From Schizochytrium sp. TIO01 (taxonomy: Eukaryota; Protista; Bigyra: Labyrinthulomycetes), in the NCBI GenBank assembly GCA_004764695.1, contig SMSO01000032.1, forward strand, positions 8,960,483-9,024,482: a stretch of 64,000 bases of DNA, read 5' to 3'. The position numbers were made by a program, and so were the translations under genes. Below are positions 20,983-33,538 of the stretch, in pieces; within the stretch, counting starts at the first letter, position 1, and each line of letters starts with the position of its first letter. The notes under the pieces were generated by a model, which was not told the origin of the DNA, did no database searches, and was given only the letters and a program-made list of their open reading frames with translations.

Positions 20983-23900
20983 ATGCTTGGACAGAATAAT
21001 GATAAAGAACAAGAGGATCTCTGCATCCATGTCTCTAGTGGAGAACCTGCTACAAAAAGTTCTTCCAGTTTATTTCTTTCAGACGAAGAGAGTATGGACT
21101 ATCCTGTTCAAAATGACACTGATCCGGAGTGTAGTATAAAGCGAGTGTCTGATGCTACATTCTTGAACATGAAGCCAAGCGTGGATAGTACTAGCAGCTC
21201 CCATGCTGATGATGAAGTCAATCGCGTGCGCTGCATGCTTAATCGACTTCAACAAGAAGCTGATAAACAGCACAAAGAAACTCCTGAGGATGAAGATCCT
21301 TCTCTTTCGATCGCATTAACTCCAGCGGAGATTAAACTTCTCACATCTTTGCTAGACCGCGGGTACCTTCGACTGCCACATGAAACCTTGCGTCACTCTC
21401 TGCCTCCACGCACCCGGAAACTTACAGCAATACAGTACTCTATGATTCTTTCACGCGTACGTGGAGATGGTCATTGGCCTGTTAATGTGGGTTTTCGAAA
21501 CCTTGAGTACATAATCAAGGTACCTAAAGCTGACGCTGGAATTCCTACGGTTGGATCGACACTCTATAAAGTGGTTGCACCCCTGGTGAATCTATTTTAT
21601 AGCAAGACCAAAGAGTCAATTGAGATCCCGGTACTGTGCAAGGTATCAGGCGCATTTGAGGCAGGAACATCAACACTTGTACTTGGTCCTCCTGGATGCG
21701 GTGTGACATCTTTATTTAAAGTTCTAAGTGGTAGAGCCAAAGTTGGCGGGCGGTATAAACTCAAGGGAGAGCAGTTTTACTCTGGTTTTCGCCCTGAAGA
21801 TCTACATTTGCGCAAGCTAGCCATGTATGTAGACCAAATGGACCAGCATACAGCTGTATTGACAGTGCGCGAAACTTTGAAATTTGCATATGAATGTTTT
21901 GGAGGGGCTCAGACGGCAGTCCGCGTAGTTGCATTTCCAGGCACGAATCAAGAGGCTACCGAAGAAGAGAAAGCTAGAATCATCGAACAGCTCGAGAACT
22001 ACCCCGATTTCATTATTCACAACCTTGCACTGGACCGTGCCGCTGATACTGTAGTAGGAAACCCTATGCTCCGTGGGGTTTCTGGTGGCGAGAAGAAACG
22101 TGTGACATCTGGTGAAATGTTAATGGCAAGGCGCCCTCTCACATTTTACGATCAAATTTCTACTGGTCTAGACAGCGCAGCTACTTTTGATATTTGCCGG
22201 CGAATCACTAAAGTGGCTCAGACGCTTCATCTTACACCAGTTGTATCTCTCCTTCAACCCCCACCAGAAGTGTATGATCTTTTTGATGAAATCCTTATTC
22301 TCGCCCTTGGATATGTCGTGTATCATGGCCCGCGCGAAGATGTCCTACCTTACTTTTCTAGTATTGGTTTCGAGTGTCCATTTGATCGTGACATTGCTGA
22401 CTTTATCCAGGAGGTAACAACTTCAGCGCGAGTTAAATACCAAGTGAAGAATGATGCACCGCAAAATGAACAAGAGATGGCCTTTGCATGGCAGATCTCC
22501 TCATATTCAGAAGCCAAGCGCAGAGCAGTAGACAGATATTGCAATCCTACTAACAAAGTTGACAGTGCAACACGAGCCCTCCTGTATGATAAAAGCACTG
22601 ATGTTTACGCAAATCCATTTTGCAAAGAGTTTCAGTTGGTTCTCCGACGACAAGTACAGTTGGTGCTTCGAGATCCAGCATTTATCAAAGCTCGGTTTAT
22701 GCAGTCTATCATCATGGGTGTTCTGATTGGTACGGTGTTTATCCGCATTGATCCTGCATTGCCTACGAGTATTGATGCCATCAACGTGACACCCATTACG
22801 CAGCGTTATGGTGTGATGTTTTCTACACTTATGCAATGCACATTTGCAGGTATGGCTCAAGTCCCTATTGTTCTGGGGCAAAGGCCTGTCTATTACAAGC
22901 AAAGCTCTTCCTTCTTCTTTCGCACAGTAAGCTATGTACTTGGTGAAGTTGTTTCAGTAATGCCGATAGCAATTGTAGAGTCCATCTTGCTTGGTCTTCC
23001 AATGTTTTGGATTACCGCAATTGTTCCCTGGGGAGCAGACTCACAGACTGGAGATTCGGATGTGGGTGCATGCTTTGTCATTTTCCTTTGTATTATGATC
23101 ATTCTGAACATTTCTTTTGCCTCGTTTTTGCGTGCTGTAGCAACCTTTGTACCAACGCCAGGCATTGGGCAAGCCATTACTGGCATTTGCGCCTCTGCTG
23201 CAATGATTTACAGTGGCTTCGTTGTAGTACGCAGTGCAATGCCCCCATGGTTCGTATGGATTTACTATCTTTCCCCCATTGCATGGGCCTATCGCGCAGC
23301 TGTGATTACCATTTTCTCGTCCAAAGCATTCACACCGGAGCAAACCGCATTTGCGCTTGAGCTGTTTGACTTTGAACAAAATGAGGAATACATTTGGGCT
23401 GGCGTTCTAATGCTTATTGGATATACCTTTGTAAATATTGCGCTCAGCTATATTGGTTATTCGCATTTTCGTTACGACTCTTCAGCCCGCCAGACGAAAG
23501 TTAATCTACTTTCTGAAGGTGTGCGAGATGCTAATTTGATTAAAAGAGGGGATCGGCGCATGGAACAACGATTGGATGAGGATGCACAGTCAACAGCAGA
23601 AGAAGTTCTGCCTCAATATGATCTTACCAGCAGACATAAATTGCGGATGGAAAGTTCATTGCAGAATGACAATTTTATCCCCGTGGACTTAGTCTTTCGA
23701 AACCTGTGGTACTCGGTCCAAGGACCAGATGACAAGAAGGGTAAATATTCGCTTGACTTGCTTAAGGATGTGTCTGGTTTTGCTGAAGCAGGTACACTAA
23801 CTGCTTTGATGGGCAGCAGCGGTGCTGGAAAGACTACACTGCTTGATGTGCTTGCATTGCGTAAAACGAGTGGACTTACGCAAGGGCAAGTGCTCGTCAA

Positions 23901-25638
23901 TGGACATCCTCAAGAAAAGATAACATTTTCTCGGATTGTGGGCTACGTAGAACAGAATGACATCCATAGCCCATTTGCTACTGTGGAAGAGGCACTGATT
24001 TTCTCTGCTACCCTTCGTCAGTCAGCAAACCTTCCTCGTGAAGCAAAGGAGAGCTTTGTAGAAGGTGTGATTGCAACATTAGACCTATCAGACATTCGGG
24101 ATTTCAAGATTGGCTCTAAATTCTCTGGAGGGCTGACAACAGAGCAAGTGAAACGTGTTACAATTGGCGTGGAGTTGGCTGCAAACCCAGCAATTGTTTT
24201 TGCAGATGAGCCCACCTCAGGTCTTGATGCAAATTCAGCGCGTGCAGTCATGATTGGGCTTGAGCGCATTGCTCGAGCAGGTAGAACAGTAATTTGTACT
24301 ATTCACCAGCCGTCCAAAGATATTTTTCTAAAATTTGATCGCTTATTACTGCTACAGCGAGGCGGTGAAATTGTATATTTTGGGGATCTAGGTGAGAGGG
24401 CATGCCATTTATTGAATTATCTAGCAGGTATTCCAGGGACACCTCAAATTCCCAACGCACGGTACAATCCAGCAACGTTCATGTTAGAGGTGATAGGTGC
24501 AGGAGCAAACTCCCAACGGAATACCGAAAGGATTGTTGACTTTGCCTTGGAGTATCGGGAGAGCCAGTTGTTTCAAGATGCAGAAGCAAAGATAAGCAGC
24601 ATAATTGACAGCAACTTGGACAACCGGGCAGCAATAGCTTTTGATCAAAGCTTTGCAAGTAATTTCTCCACGCAGCTCGAACAATTAACCAAGCGTTGGC
24701 TGCGAGCCTATTGGCGAAACCCTGGATATAATACTACGCGAATCACTATGACTGTGTTCATTGCAACATTTTTTGGTTTGACATTCTTGCAGCAAGCCAA
24801 AGAACTTAATCGTACGCAGGATGTTCAAAGCTTTTGTGGTCTGTTGTACATTGCCACTGCCTTTACAGGCGTCATTGCAGTCAATACTGCGATTCCTACG
24901 ATTATGGAGGAACGAGCTCCATTCTATCGTGAACGTGCAGCTTCGTATTATGGAGTTGCACCCATGATTTGTGCTATTACCTCTGCAGAGGTTCCGTATG
25001 TTATTGCGGGAACAGTAAGTTGGTGACGTGCGTCGTGCTTAGAATTGCAAAACTTGCAAATGGCTGGATTTTTTGCTAAACTCACAACATTGAACTCACC
25101 ATTACCTTGTCCGAATGTTTTGTATGACTCACAGCTACTTCACATTCCTATATTTTACTTCCTTGTCCATTTTTGGTACAACGTGAGAGCGTTTTTCCTT
25201 TATTGGTTTGTCTATCTCATGTACATGCTGGTGATGACCTTTTGGGGACACTTTCTAGCCAGTGTTTCTCCAAACCAGCAAGTGGCAGCAATCATAGGCT
25301 CCATTTCATTTGGGCTTTGGGTCTTAACTGCTGGTATGGTGATTGCAGTAAAGGACATCCCTAAATTTTGGTACTGGTTGAGTTGCATTAACCCGATTCG
25401 ATACGCATTCAATGCTTTGGTAGTTATTCAACTAGGGTGCGAGAGTTCAGAAGATAGCGATGCACCTGGGTGCGCAGCCCTCCCGAATGGAATTACAGCT
25501 TGGGCATTTGTGCAAGATAACTTTGGGTTTGAAGCTAATGACTGGGTGTATTGCTTGAGTGCGCTTGTAGGCTTTCTCGTGGGGTTTCGAGGATGCACAA
25601 TTCTGGCTTACAAATACGTTTCTTTTCTTCGCAGATAA
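20983..25638 (+). CDS. Full-size ABCG/PDR transporter; join(20983..25014,25135..25638), 1511 aa
   Basis: NBD-TMD-NBD-TMD order. Motifs VSGGEKKRV, DQISTGLD, GSSGAGKTT, DEPTSGLD and TIHQPS. A 120-nt phase-0 GTAAGT..ACAG intron joins the two ORFs in frame. Confidence 0.93.
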
Positions 25639-25918
25639 TTCAAGATTCTAAGTTTTATCATACTCCTTTTCTTAATTTCTTCCCTACCATGATTGGTTTT
25701 TCCTATGCCATGTCTGGTACGCTATTTGAAAATGGCCTGTAGTCTTTTAGCCTCTTACAAAAAGAGAAGAGGAGGGTGGAAATCTATTTCTTTTGTTCTT
25801 TGCATACGTGGCATGTTCACTTCACTGTTGCTGCTATTTACTCATTTATTTTCACACAAGAATTTCTGTAAAGCACTCTGTTTTGTTTTTCCAAGGCATT
25901 CTTTGTTATGATGCAAGG

Positions 25919-26833
25919 CTATGCTATTTGCATAGCTTTGCCTGCTCGTCCATCAGGGTCCCCCCCCATTGTTGTCGCTGTTGCTTGTGCTGAATTTGAT
26001 GAGGAATGTTGAACCCTTGATGGCACTTTGGTTTCTATACTATCTTCAGGAGACGGGTCTAGAGCATACAAACCAATGTAAGACATGAGAGCAATGATAC
26101 AAATGAATTGAGTAGAACTACGCAGTAAATTGGAGGGTTTGCAGTCATCATATTTCCAGAGTTTGGTAAATTCTGGGTCTCCTTCAAGTACCATTGATTC
26201 GCAGTAGTTTTGGTCATTTGTTATCTCAGTACAGTCTACAATAGAAAGTCGAACCCATGGGCACACAATGCCGAGGCCCACTGGGATATAGAGAATAAAA
26301 CTGAGAACAACTACTACTACCACGAGTTGACGGAAAAACCAGAGAGACTTAAAACGGGGATGTAAAGAGTATAGTTGACGATATATAAGCATGCTGAAGC
26401 CAGTGTGAAAAACAATGAAAATAAAGAATACATAGGCTGAGTAGTTGTGAATGTCAGGATAGCTGCTTGTGTCAAAAATCGCAAGGAGAAAGCCCCCAAC
26501 CGCCGCAATGCCACCAAAACAAGATGCCAATAGGTTTTGCCACTTCACTGGTCTTTCGGGCATCCAGGCCTGCACATATTTATATTGCAAGACCATCAAG
26601 ACCCCTAGCATGATACACGCAATAGAAATGAAGATGGAAAACACATAATACCCAGGTTTATCACGGCCAGTGTCGGAGAAGTATGGCATTGGTAGGCCAC
26701 CTGTGTAAGTATCGCGCACGGATGCAATGGATATGCATACTATATAGGCAAGAATGACTCCCGTGGGGCAGACTGATGCAATTGCTGCGCGGGCATTTAT
26801 GTCTCTCCTTTTGATGACTTCGTTGGGACTCAT
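25919..26833 (-). CDS. Frag1/DRAM/Sfk1 (TMEM150-like) membrane protein, paralog 1
   Basis: PYFSDTG motif, about 6 hydrophobic helices, FDT..Y..IH..SA motif. The start is uncertain: ATG 26833, or an upstream exon spliced at the CAG near 26852. Confidence 0.8.
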   Translation of the reverse strand: MSPNEVIKRRDINARAAIASVCPTGVILAYIVCISIASVRDTYTGGLPMPYFSDTGRDKPGYYVFSIFISIACIMLGVLMVLQYKYVQAWMPERPVKWQNLLASCFGGIAAVGGFLLAIFDTSSYPDIHNYSAYVFFIFIVFHTGFSMLIYRQLYSLHPRFKSLWFFRQLVVVVVVLSFILYIPVGLGIVCPWVRLSIVDCTEITNDQNYCESMVLEGDPEFTKLWKYDDCKPSNLLRSSTQFICIIALMSYIGLYALDPSPEDSIETKVPSRVQHSSSNSAQATATTMGGDPDGRAGKAMQIA

Positions 26834-27581
26834 TCCTTCCCAACTGACCACCTGTACTTTGCCCTCTTCGGAATGAGTTGATGAGTAGTTGCTTCACGCC
26901 ACCTGTGACCGCCAAAGTTGCGAGGAGAGTGACTTGTGCTTTGCTTTGCTTTGCTTTGCTCTGGTGTTGCTTTGCTTTGGTGTTGCCTGTAGCATTTCCC
27001 CGCGAGCTGTGTGCACGGCTGTTGGAGTCCCAAGTTCGTGATGCCGACTTCCATGATCATGAATATTTGCTAATGATGACCTCTAGGCATGTACTTACTA
27101 GCGGCATCAGGTAATACCTATGCCATATCCACAGTATTGTGCTTCTACTACCGTATCTGGTGTCATGTAGACGACATACTGATTGGGTAATTGTTTTGGC
27201 TTGAGTTTTTACCAAGCTAAAGGATTTCATGTCATTACCTCTGACTAGTGGGAGTGTTGAAGCCACAGAGTTCCAGGAGAAGACATGTGAAGCATGTGCT
27301 AAGTATTCTGTAGTACACTCTGCAAATGTAGTAAAAGGAGAAACAAAAGAACAAATTAAAATATAGGTGTAGTACAAAGGCTATGTTTTGAAAAAGAGAA
27401 AAGGTTACTATTCATTTGCCACATGGATGGCCATCTGCTTAATCAGAGATCTGTGAAGATGAAGCAATTAAAAGCTCACCAGGGACACGAGAGTCTCGCA
27501 GAAATCACTCCATATAGTTCTGATTAATAAAATTCATAGGTATCTCTCACTCTGACATTTGCTTGTAGTCTTGGGTTTAAG

Positions 27582-28397
27582 TCATTTGGCAGAGTTATAT
27601 TCTTCATTGTCCTTGACCTTCGTTTGGGGCGGATAAGGGTCTGCAGAGTAAAGGCCGACGAGAATTAGGACGGATACTATGCACACAAACTGAGTTGCAG
27701 AGCGCATTGTATTAACTTCAGTACATCCATCATAATTGAAGAGGATGGTGAGTGAAGGGTCATCGGCTTTAACCTTGGACTCACAATAATCCTTGTCACC
27801 AGTAAATGAAATGCAGTCGGCCATAGTGAGCCTAGTCCAGTCGCAAATCAAACCAAGGCCAATTGGGATGTAGCAGAGAAAAGCTAAGAAAAATATTGTC
27901 GTCAAAACATAGCGAACGATGGTGATCTTCTTGAAGTTCTCCGGGAACTTGATAGAGAGAACCCTGTAGATAGTGATGCTTATGATCGCGTGGATAACGA
28001 TGAGAATGAAGAAAATGTACGCTGAGTATGAATGAATTGCACTGTATCGTGATGTATCAAAAATTGATAGCATCGCGCTACCGATTGGGGCAATCGCCCC
28101 TGCAATCGTTGCAGTATAATTTCTGCATGTTACCTCCCCGTTGTTAAGCCATTTGTTGATGAAAAAGAATTGCAAGATCATGAAGGGAATCATGAGGATG
28201 CTTGAAACCGTGTTAAGTGTAGCAAACACATAGTAGGCGGGTTTATCGCGACCTGTGTCAGAAAAGTAGGGGAATGGCAAGCCTCCAATGTACGTGTCCT
28301 TCCCAATTGCAATGCTAATGCACGTGATGTAGGAGATAAGCAGCAGTCCTGCCGATGAGGCTGCCAAAACCCGGCGTGCAAGCCATGCGTCCACCAT
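27582..28397 (-). CDS. Frag1/DRAM/Sfk1 (TMEM150-like) membrane protein, paralog 2
   Basis: AAGATG start. GGLPFPYFSDTGRDKP and IFDTSRYSAIHSYSAY align directly with paralog 1. Confidence 0.85.
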   Translation of the reverse strand: MVDAWLARRVLAASSAGLLLISYITCISIAIGKDTYIGGLPFPYFSDTGRDKPAYYVFATLNTVSSILMIPFMILQFFFINKWLNNGEVTCRNYTATIAGAIAPIGSAMLSIFDTSRYSAIHSYSAYIFFILIVIHAIISITIYRVLSIKFPENFKKITIVRYVLTTIFFLAFLCYIPIGLGLICDWTRLTMADCISFTGDKDYCESKVKADDPSLTILFNYDGCTEVNTMRSATQFVCIVSVLILVGLYSADPYPPQTKVKDNEEYNSAK

Positions 28398-31300
28398 CTT
28401 AAGCTATGGCCCTGTCTTTAGCTCGAACCCTTTTGTCAGACTAGAACTCAATATAGGTCTGGACTTCGAAGCAGCACATTTGTCAACGCGGTTCACCTTA
28501 TGGCGGCCTGCTTTAACGCTTACTGTAGACAGTAGGTAGTTGCTATGCAGTACCCAAGTAAAAGTTAGTTTGTAAAGTTTACACTTTTCAAGAAAGCGTC
28601 ATTTTACCGTATAATATCTAGTCAAGTTAAAAACTAGGAGCTGTTTTACTCTCTTTGGATCAGGTGAGTTACCTTTTCAAGTAGTAGTTGTGATAGGAGG
28701 GGGTACCTACCTACGACTCTCCCACACTCTGCTCCAGCGCCAAAGATTTGCAGAGCTGTCGATTTACAACTTGCCTCCTGAGCTAGAACAGAACCACAGC
28801 ACTTCATGCACTTCATGCACAAACAAACAAAGAATCAAGCAAAGAATCAATCAATCCAACGGGCACGACTCGAAGAGCCAGGTTGCAAACGACGCATAAA
28901 GTCAGTCGAGTCTTCGTCTCTGAAAGCGCAACGATGCTCCTCAGAATATATATATCATACCTGAGGGACGCACGTCTCTTTTTCAATTTCCAATTAAAAC
29001 AAATAAAGAAACAAGCACAGGCTATGCATCATTTCAGTAAAGGCAATGATCATTGACGGTTTGGCGAAAAGCAAAAGCAAAAGCAAAAGAATGGCGACAG
29101 TCGAATGAATGCAAAAACAAAGAAGGAGAAGGAGCACAACGTCTTGCTTGATTGATTGATTGAAGCAGCACCGCCTGCGTTGACGAGAGCTCCTCCCACG
29201 CTCGTTACGTGGATACCGTTGCGGGCCAGCTCCAGTTTGGTGCGGACCGGCGACGTCCCTCCCTGGCTGGCTGGCTCAGCTGTCTTCAAGCTTGCTTCCA
29301 GTGGGGCATGGACTGCGCTGCGCAGAGCTGATTGAAGGAGAGACTGCCAAGATAAATAAAAGAATTAAGCGGATAGCGAACATGGGTCCGCTCCAATTGT
29401 TTGCACACCTTTTCGAGGCTTAAGTGGGTATTAATACACGTTTACTGGGACCACTGTGCTCTCTCTGTTCGTCAAAGAGGCTGCTTTATAATTTGCCTAT
29501 TCAGGAAGGACAGAGAGCTGAGAAAGCGCCTGCCTGCGTTCTGATGGTGGTGGGATAAGTACGGCGGTCCTCTCGTCGATACGGAAGGCCGCGTGGGCGC
29601 AGCTCAGCTCAGGCCGCGTAGCCAAGGGAGGAGTGAGTGAGTGAAGGCAAGAAAGAAAGAACATGAAAGCCTTCTCTTCTGTGCTGAGTTCCGAAGCTTT
29701 CTTTCACTCTGAAGAGGAAGAGCGCCTCACTTTCAACCATTTCTTTCTATTTTGATTAAATAAAACATATCTTGAAATGGCATTATCAATATTACTTTAA
29801 ACACGAAAATTAAAACCAAGAACCTCGAATACGTATATGCTTTTGCTGGGCTGTTACTTTTGAGGAAAACGGATAGAGTGTAACATGATAATGGCATGAC
29901 GGAGGAGGCGCCGCCTGCATTACGGAATGCATGATTTGGGAGATGGTTTTCTCGTTTTGATAAAGGCGTATCTGCCATTTTAAAAAGCCATTGATGACTT
30001 CATTTTAAAAAGAGATATGAAGTAAAATAATAAAATTGAGTATGGTCGATGGAACGTTAGGTGCTCATAGAGTACTCCTAGAGGCAGAGCCTTCAAAGAA
30101 AATCCAAGTTGGAACCTATTTTGGAACGCTGGAGGGGTACGCGCGCTCGAAAGGGATGGAGAAGTCAGAAAGGGAAAAAGATGGGAGACAGACGCCTTTG
30201 TTGATGAGGTGAGCGCTTCATCGTGGACTTCTTCAGACAGAGCCTCTTTCCTGAGAGACGGCTGCTTAGGCCCTCTGCCGAAGCCTGCGTAGTCCGTTTC
30301 TTTGCTTGGCCTTCCGGAAATAATCCATGCGTGAAAATGACGCTTTACAAATTACGCCTGATTACCCACTTTTTAATATGTTAATTTCATTTTAAAAATT
30401 AACTTGAATGGTAATAGGTGTATCATGATGAAGATGGGAGAAGTATAAAGCGAAGGTCAATCAACAACAGACGCACAGACAGATGATAAAAAGACGTGTG
30501 CTCGACCTTCATGTTCACAGGAACTACAGCAGATGCATCGTAACTAGTACCAGGTAGTATATCAATACTCAAGGCCGCTCCTTTTCATCCTTTTCGCCGA
30601 GATGATCCTTACTGGAGAAAAACTTATATGTAGGCATATATATGTTCCACTTCAAAAGACATGGATGGCTATATAATGAGAAGGCCCAGTGTAGAAAAAC
30701 TGTGGCTTCCCACTGGAGCGTGCTCTCATGGCGTGCGATACATTTTGTCTTCTGTTTTTTGAAGAGTTAGTTTCTCAATGAGTGGTGGTGTGCTTTCGAG
30801 TCCCAGCTGCAAGCTATGATGTGATTCGGTCTACGAGTCGCCAACTATTTGTAGGTGTCTTGTGCGTCGCTCCCAGAGCTGCTCGGAATGAATTTTAAAG
30901 AGCTATAAACGAGGGGTAGTTTTACTTTCGGCAGGTTGGTTTGCCAACGTAGGTGCATCCAACCGGAAATTCATAATCCAACAAAAAGACTGATGTTTTG
31001 AAGTTGACTTGGATGATAGGTACTATCTACCAAATCACATACCTAGGCACCTTACGGCACACCATCGAAACCTGTGCTGAAGCAAACGTTGATCAAGCAT
31101 CACCAAGAGGATGAAAAGAGACAGCTCTGCCATGCGACTCATGTCCTTAGGGACAGAGAAATAATTAGTTCAACTATGTTGATTCATTTACAAAACACGG
31201 CCACAAAACTCAACAGTCTGATGCAGAGTTAAAAGGAAAGCTGACATCCATGTTCTCGTCACAAGTAGAATACTGCTATTGCAATCTATTTCATATAAGA

Positions 31301-32683
31301 AAGTCATCAGTAAATTGCCAACCGAAATGTCTTGCCATTTATGGACTTTTTATTTGGCCAGGCATAGTAGGCGTAGGCAGAAGAATCTCAAGTCAGTCCT
31401 GTAGCGAGTCACAAAAGCTGAATGGTTGTGAGTGCCTGATGGTCTCCAGAATGAAAACAAAGAAAACAATTAAGACAATATCACCCCAAGTGGAATGAGT
31501 CTCCAGCGTCCATGAAAATGGCTTCTTCTTCTATTTAGATAAATGCAAGCAAAAAGCAAAACATTTCGCGAAATTGTGGGCGATAATAACACAAATAAGA
31601 GGAAAACGAGTGAGCAATGGGTGAGATAGCTGCAACTTTATTGAAGCACAAGTCAAGATTTGAATCACATACATGATTGTGACTGTTTCTATAGGAAGAA
31701 AGTCAAGGTGAAGGGCATGATCAACTACAATTTTGTAGTCCAAAAAGACCTTGGAAGGCAATAGGAAGTCGTGAGATATTTCTACGTTTGTGAAAAACTT
31801 TGCAGAGGATGCGAACGTCCACTAGGGCGAGCTAGAATATAAGAACACCGGTGTTGTGACTAGCAGCATTGAAAGTTTGCTATTCTCTCAAATCAGCAAA
31901 GCAAGACCGCCTACATCATCTAAAGTGAATTAGAATAGTAAAGTGCGTATTTACTGGTATATACTGGCTTGGACATGCCCAATCTAAACCTCAGCACTGT
32001 CGACAGCTCATTATCAGCTTAGTCCAAAGTCCTAGTTATCCTTTTATTTCACCTCTCCTCATGGACGTCGCTGCGCTACATGTGTAGCTCCGATACGCAA
32101 GCTGCCATTTCTGAAGGCCTCGCAATTTACGCCAACTTGCAGTGACTGAGAAAGAGAGTCGGGATAAAACCTTGCGAGCTTGAACTCGATATCTAGAACT
32201 CGGCAATCTGCTGAACATAACAAAAGAAAAATGCTCAATGATTTCTTGTGTTTTAGGTTTCTTAGAAATTTCAATTTCATTCACCAGTCTGCTAAACGCA
32301 ACTTCCGCAACGTGCACGCTCAGCTCGGTCGATTCTGATTGTTCTACTTACATCTCAAAAAAGGAAACGTTGCAAAAACCCAATATATAGAGTTGGGGCG
32401 AAACAAAATGAAGAAGTGAGAGATCTATATATCTATAGAATTCCATCAGACAATTGCTAGGAGATATGAGCATCCATATTAACGAAATACAAATAATTTG
32501 TTGGCAATCAACCAATTAGTAAAACGTGTTCTTAGAGAAGATGCCAATGGTGAGTCGGGATTCCTGGCAGTACAACTTGCTGTATATGAAGAAGTGAGAG
32601 ATCTATAAATCTATGGAATTATACAATTATATGGGACTAAAGAGCCAAAAACTGGGCTAGCAGCAGGGCGAATGGAGGATGAT

Positions 32684-33538
32684 TTAGTTGTCGGTCTTTT
32701 CCTTGACCTTGTCGGCGGCGTCGTTGACAGTCTCCTTGGCAGATTCCTTGCCGTCCTCGAACTTAGACATGATGAAGTCCTTCTTCTCCTGGAGGTTCTC
32801 CTGGACGTTCTCGGCGGTCTCAGAAGCGTACTCAGCAGCCTCGTCCTTCTTCTCGAAGAAGGTCTCCTTGACGCTCTCAACGGTCTCCTTGACATACTCG
32901 ATGGCCTCGTCCTTCTTCTCAAGAAGCTCATCTGCCTTCTCCTGGGCAAACTCGGTCCAGGTCTCAGCCTTCTTGTCGGCCTCGGCCTTGATCTCGTCCT
33001 TCTTGTCAGCAGCCTTGTCAGCAAGCTCGCTGGCCTTATCCTTGGCCTCCTCGGCCTTCTCGGAGGCAGCGTCCTTGAGCTCCTCCTTCTTCTCGGCAGC
33101 CTCGTCAGCCTTCTGGGAAGCGGTCTGCTTGATGTCCTCAGCCTTGTCGGCGGCGTCGCTCTTGAGCTCCTCCTTCTTCTCGGCGGCCTCGTCAGCCTTC
33201 TGGGAAGCGGTCTGCTTGATGTCCTCAGCCTTGTCAGCGGCGTCGCTCTTAACGTCCTCGGCCTTGTCAGCGGCCTTGTCAGCCTTCTGGTCAGCGTCCT
33301 TCTTGAGCTCCTCCTTCTTGTCGGCGGCGTCGTCGGCAAGCTCGCTGGCCTTGGTCTTGGCCTGCTCAAACTTCTCCGAGGCAGCGTTAGCAGCCTGGTC
33401 CTTCATCTCACCGGCACGGTTGGCAGCCTCGGATGCGTTTTCCGAGACGCGGTTCTTGGCGGCCTGGGCAGTCTCGGCGATGTCGTTGCCGGTCTTCTGG
33501 AGCATGTCGCCCACGTTCTGGTTGTCGTTGTAACCCAT
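32684..33538 (-). CDS. LEA (group 3-like) hydrophilic protein
   Basis: AAGATG start. A/K/E/D-rich with roughly 11-residue periodicity and a near-exact internal 29-aa duplication (KSDAADKAEDIKQTASQKADEAAEKKEEL). Strong codon bias. Confidence 0.75.
   Translation of the reverse strand: MGYNDNQNVGDMLQKTGNDIAETAQAAKNRVSENASEAANRAGEMKDQAANAASEKFEQAKTKASELADDAADKKEELKKDADQKADKAADKAEDVKSDAADKAEDIKQTASQKADEAAEKKEELKSDAADKAEDIKQTASQKADEAAEKKEELKDAASEKAEEAKDKASELADKAADKKDEIKAEADKKAETWTEFAQEKADELLEKKDEAIEYVKETVESVKETFFEKKDEAAEYASETAENVQENLQEKKDFIMSKFEDGKESAKETVNDAADKVKEKTDN

Noticed and set aside
31050-31761. Hydrophobic minus-strand frame with stops (HSTWGDIVLIVFFVFIL), possibly a decayed membrane-protein gene
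   Set aside because: No family could be supported by eye.
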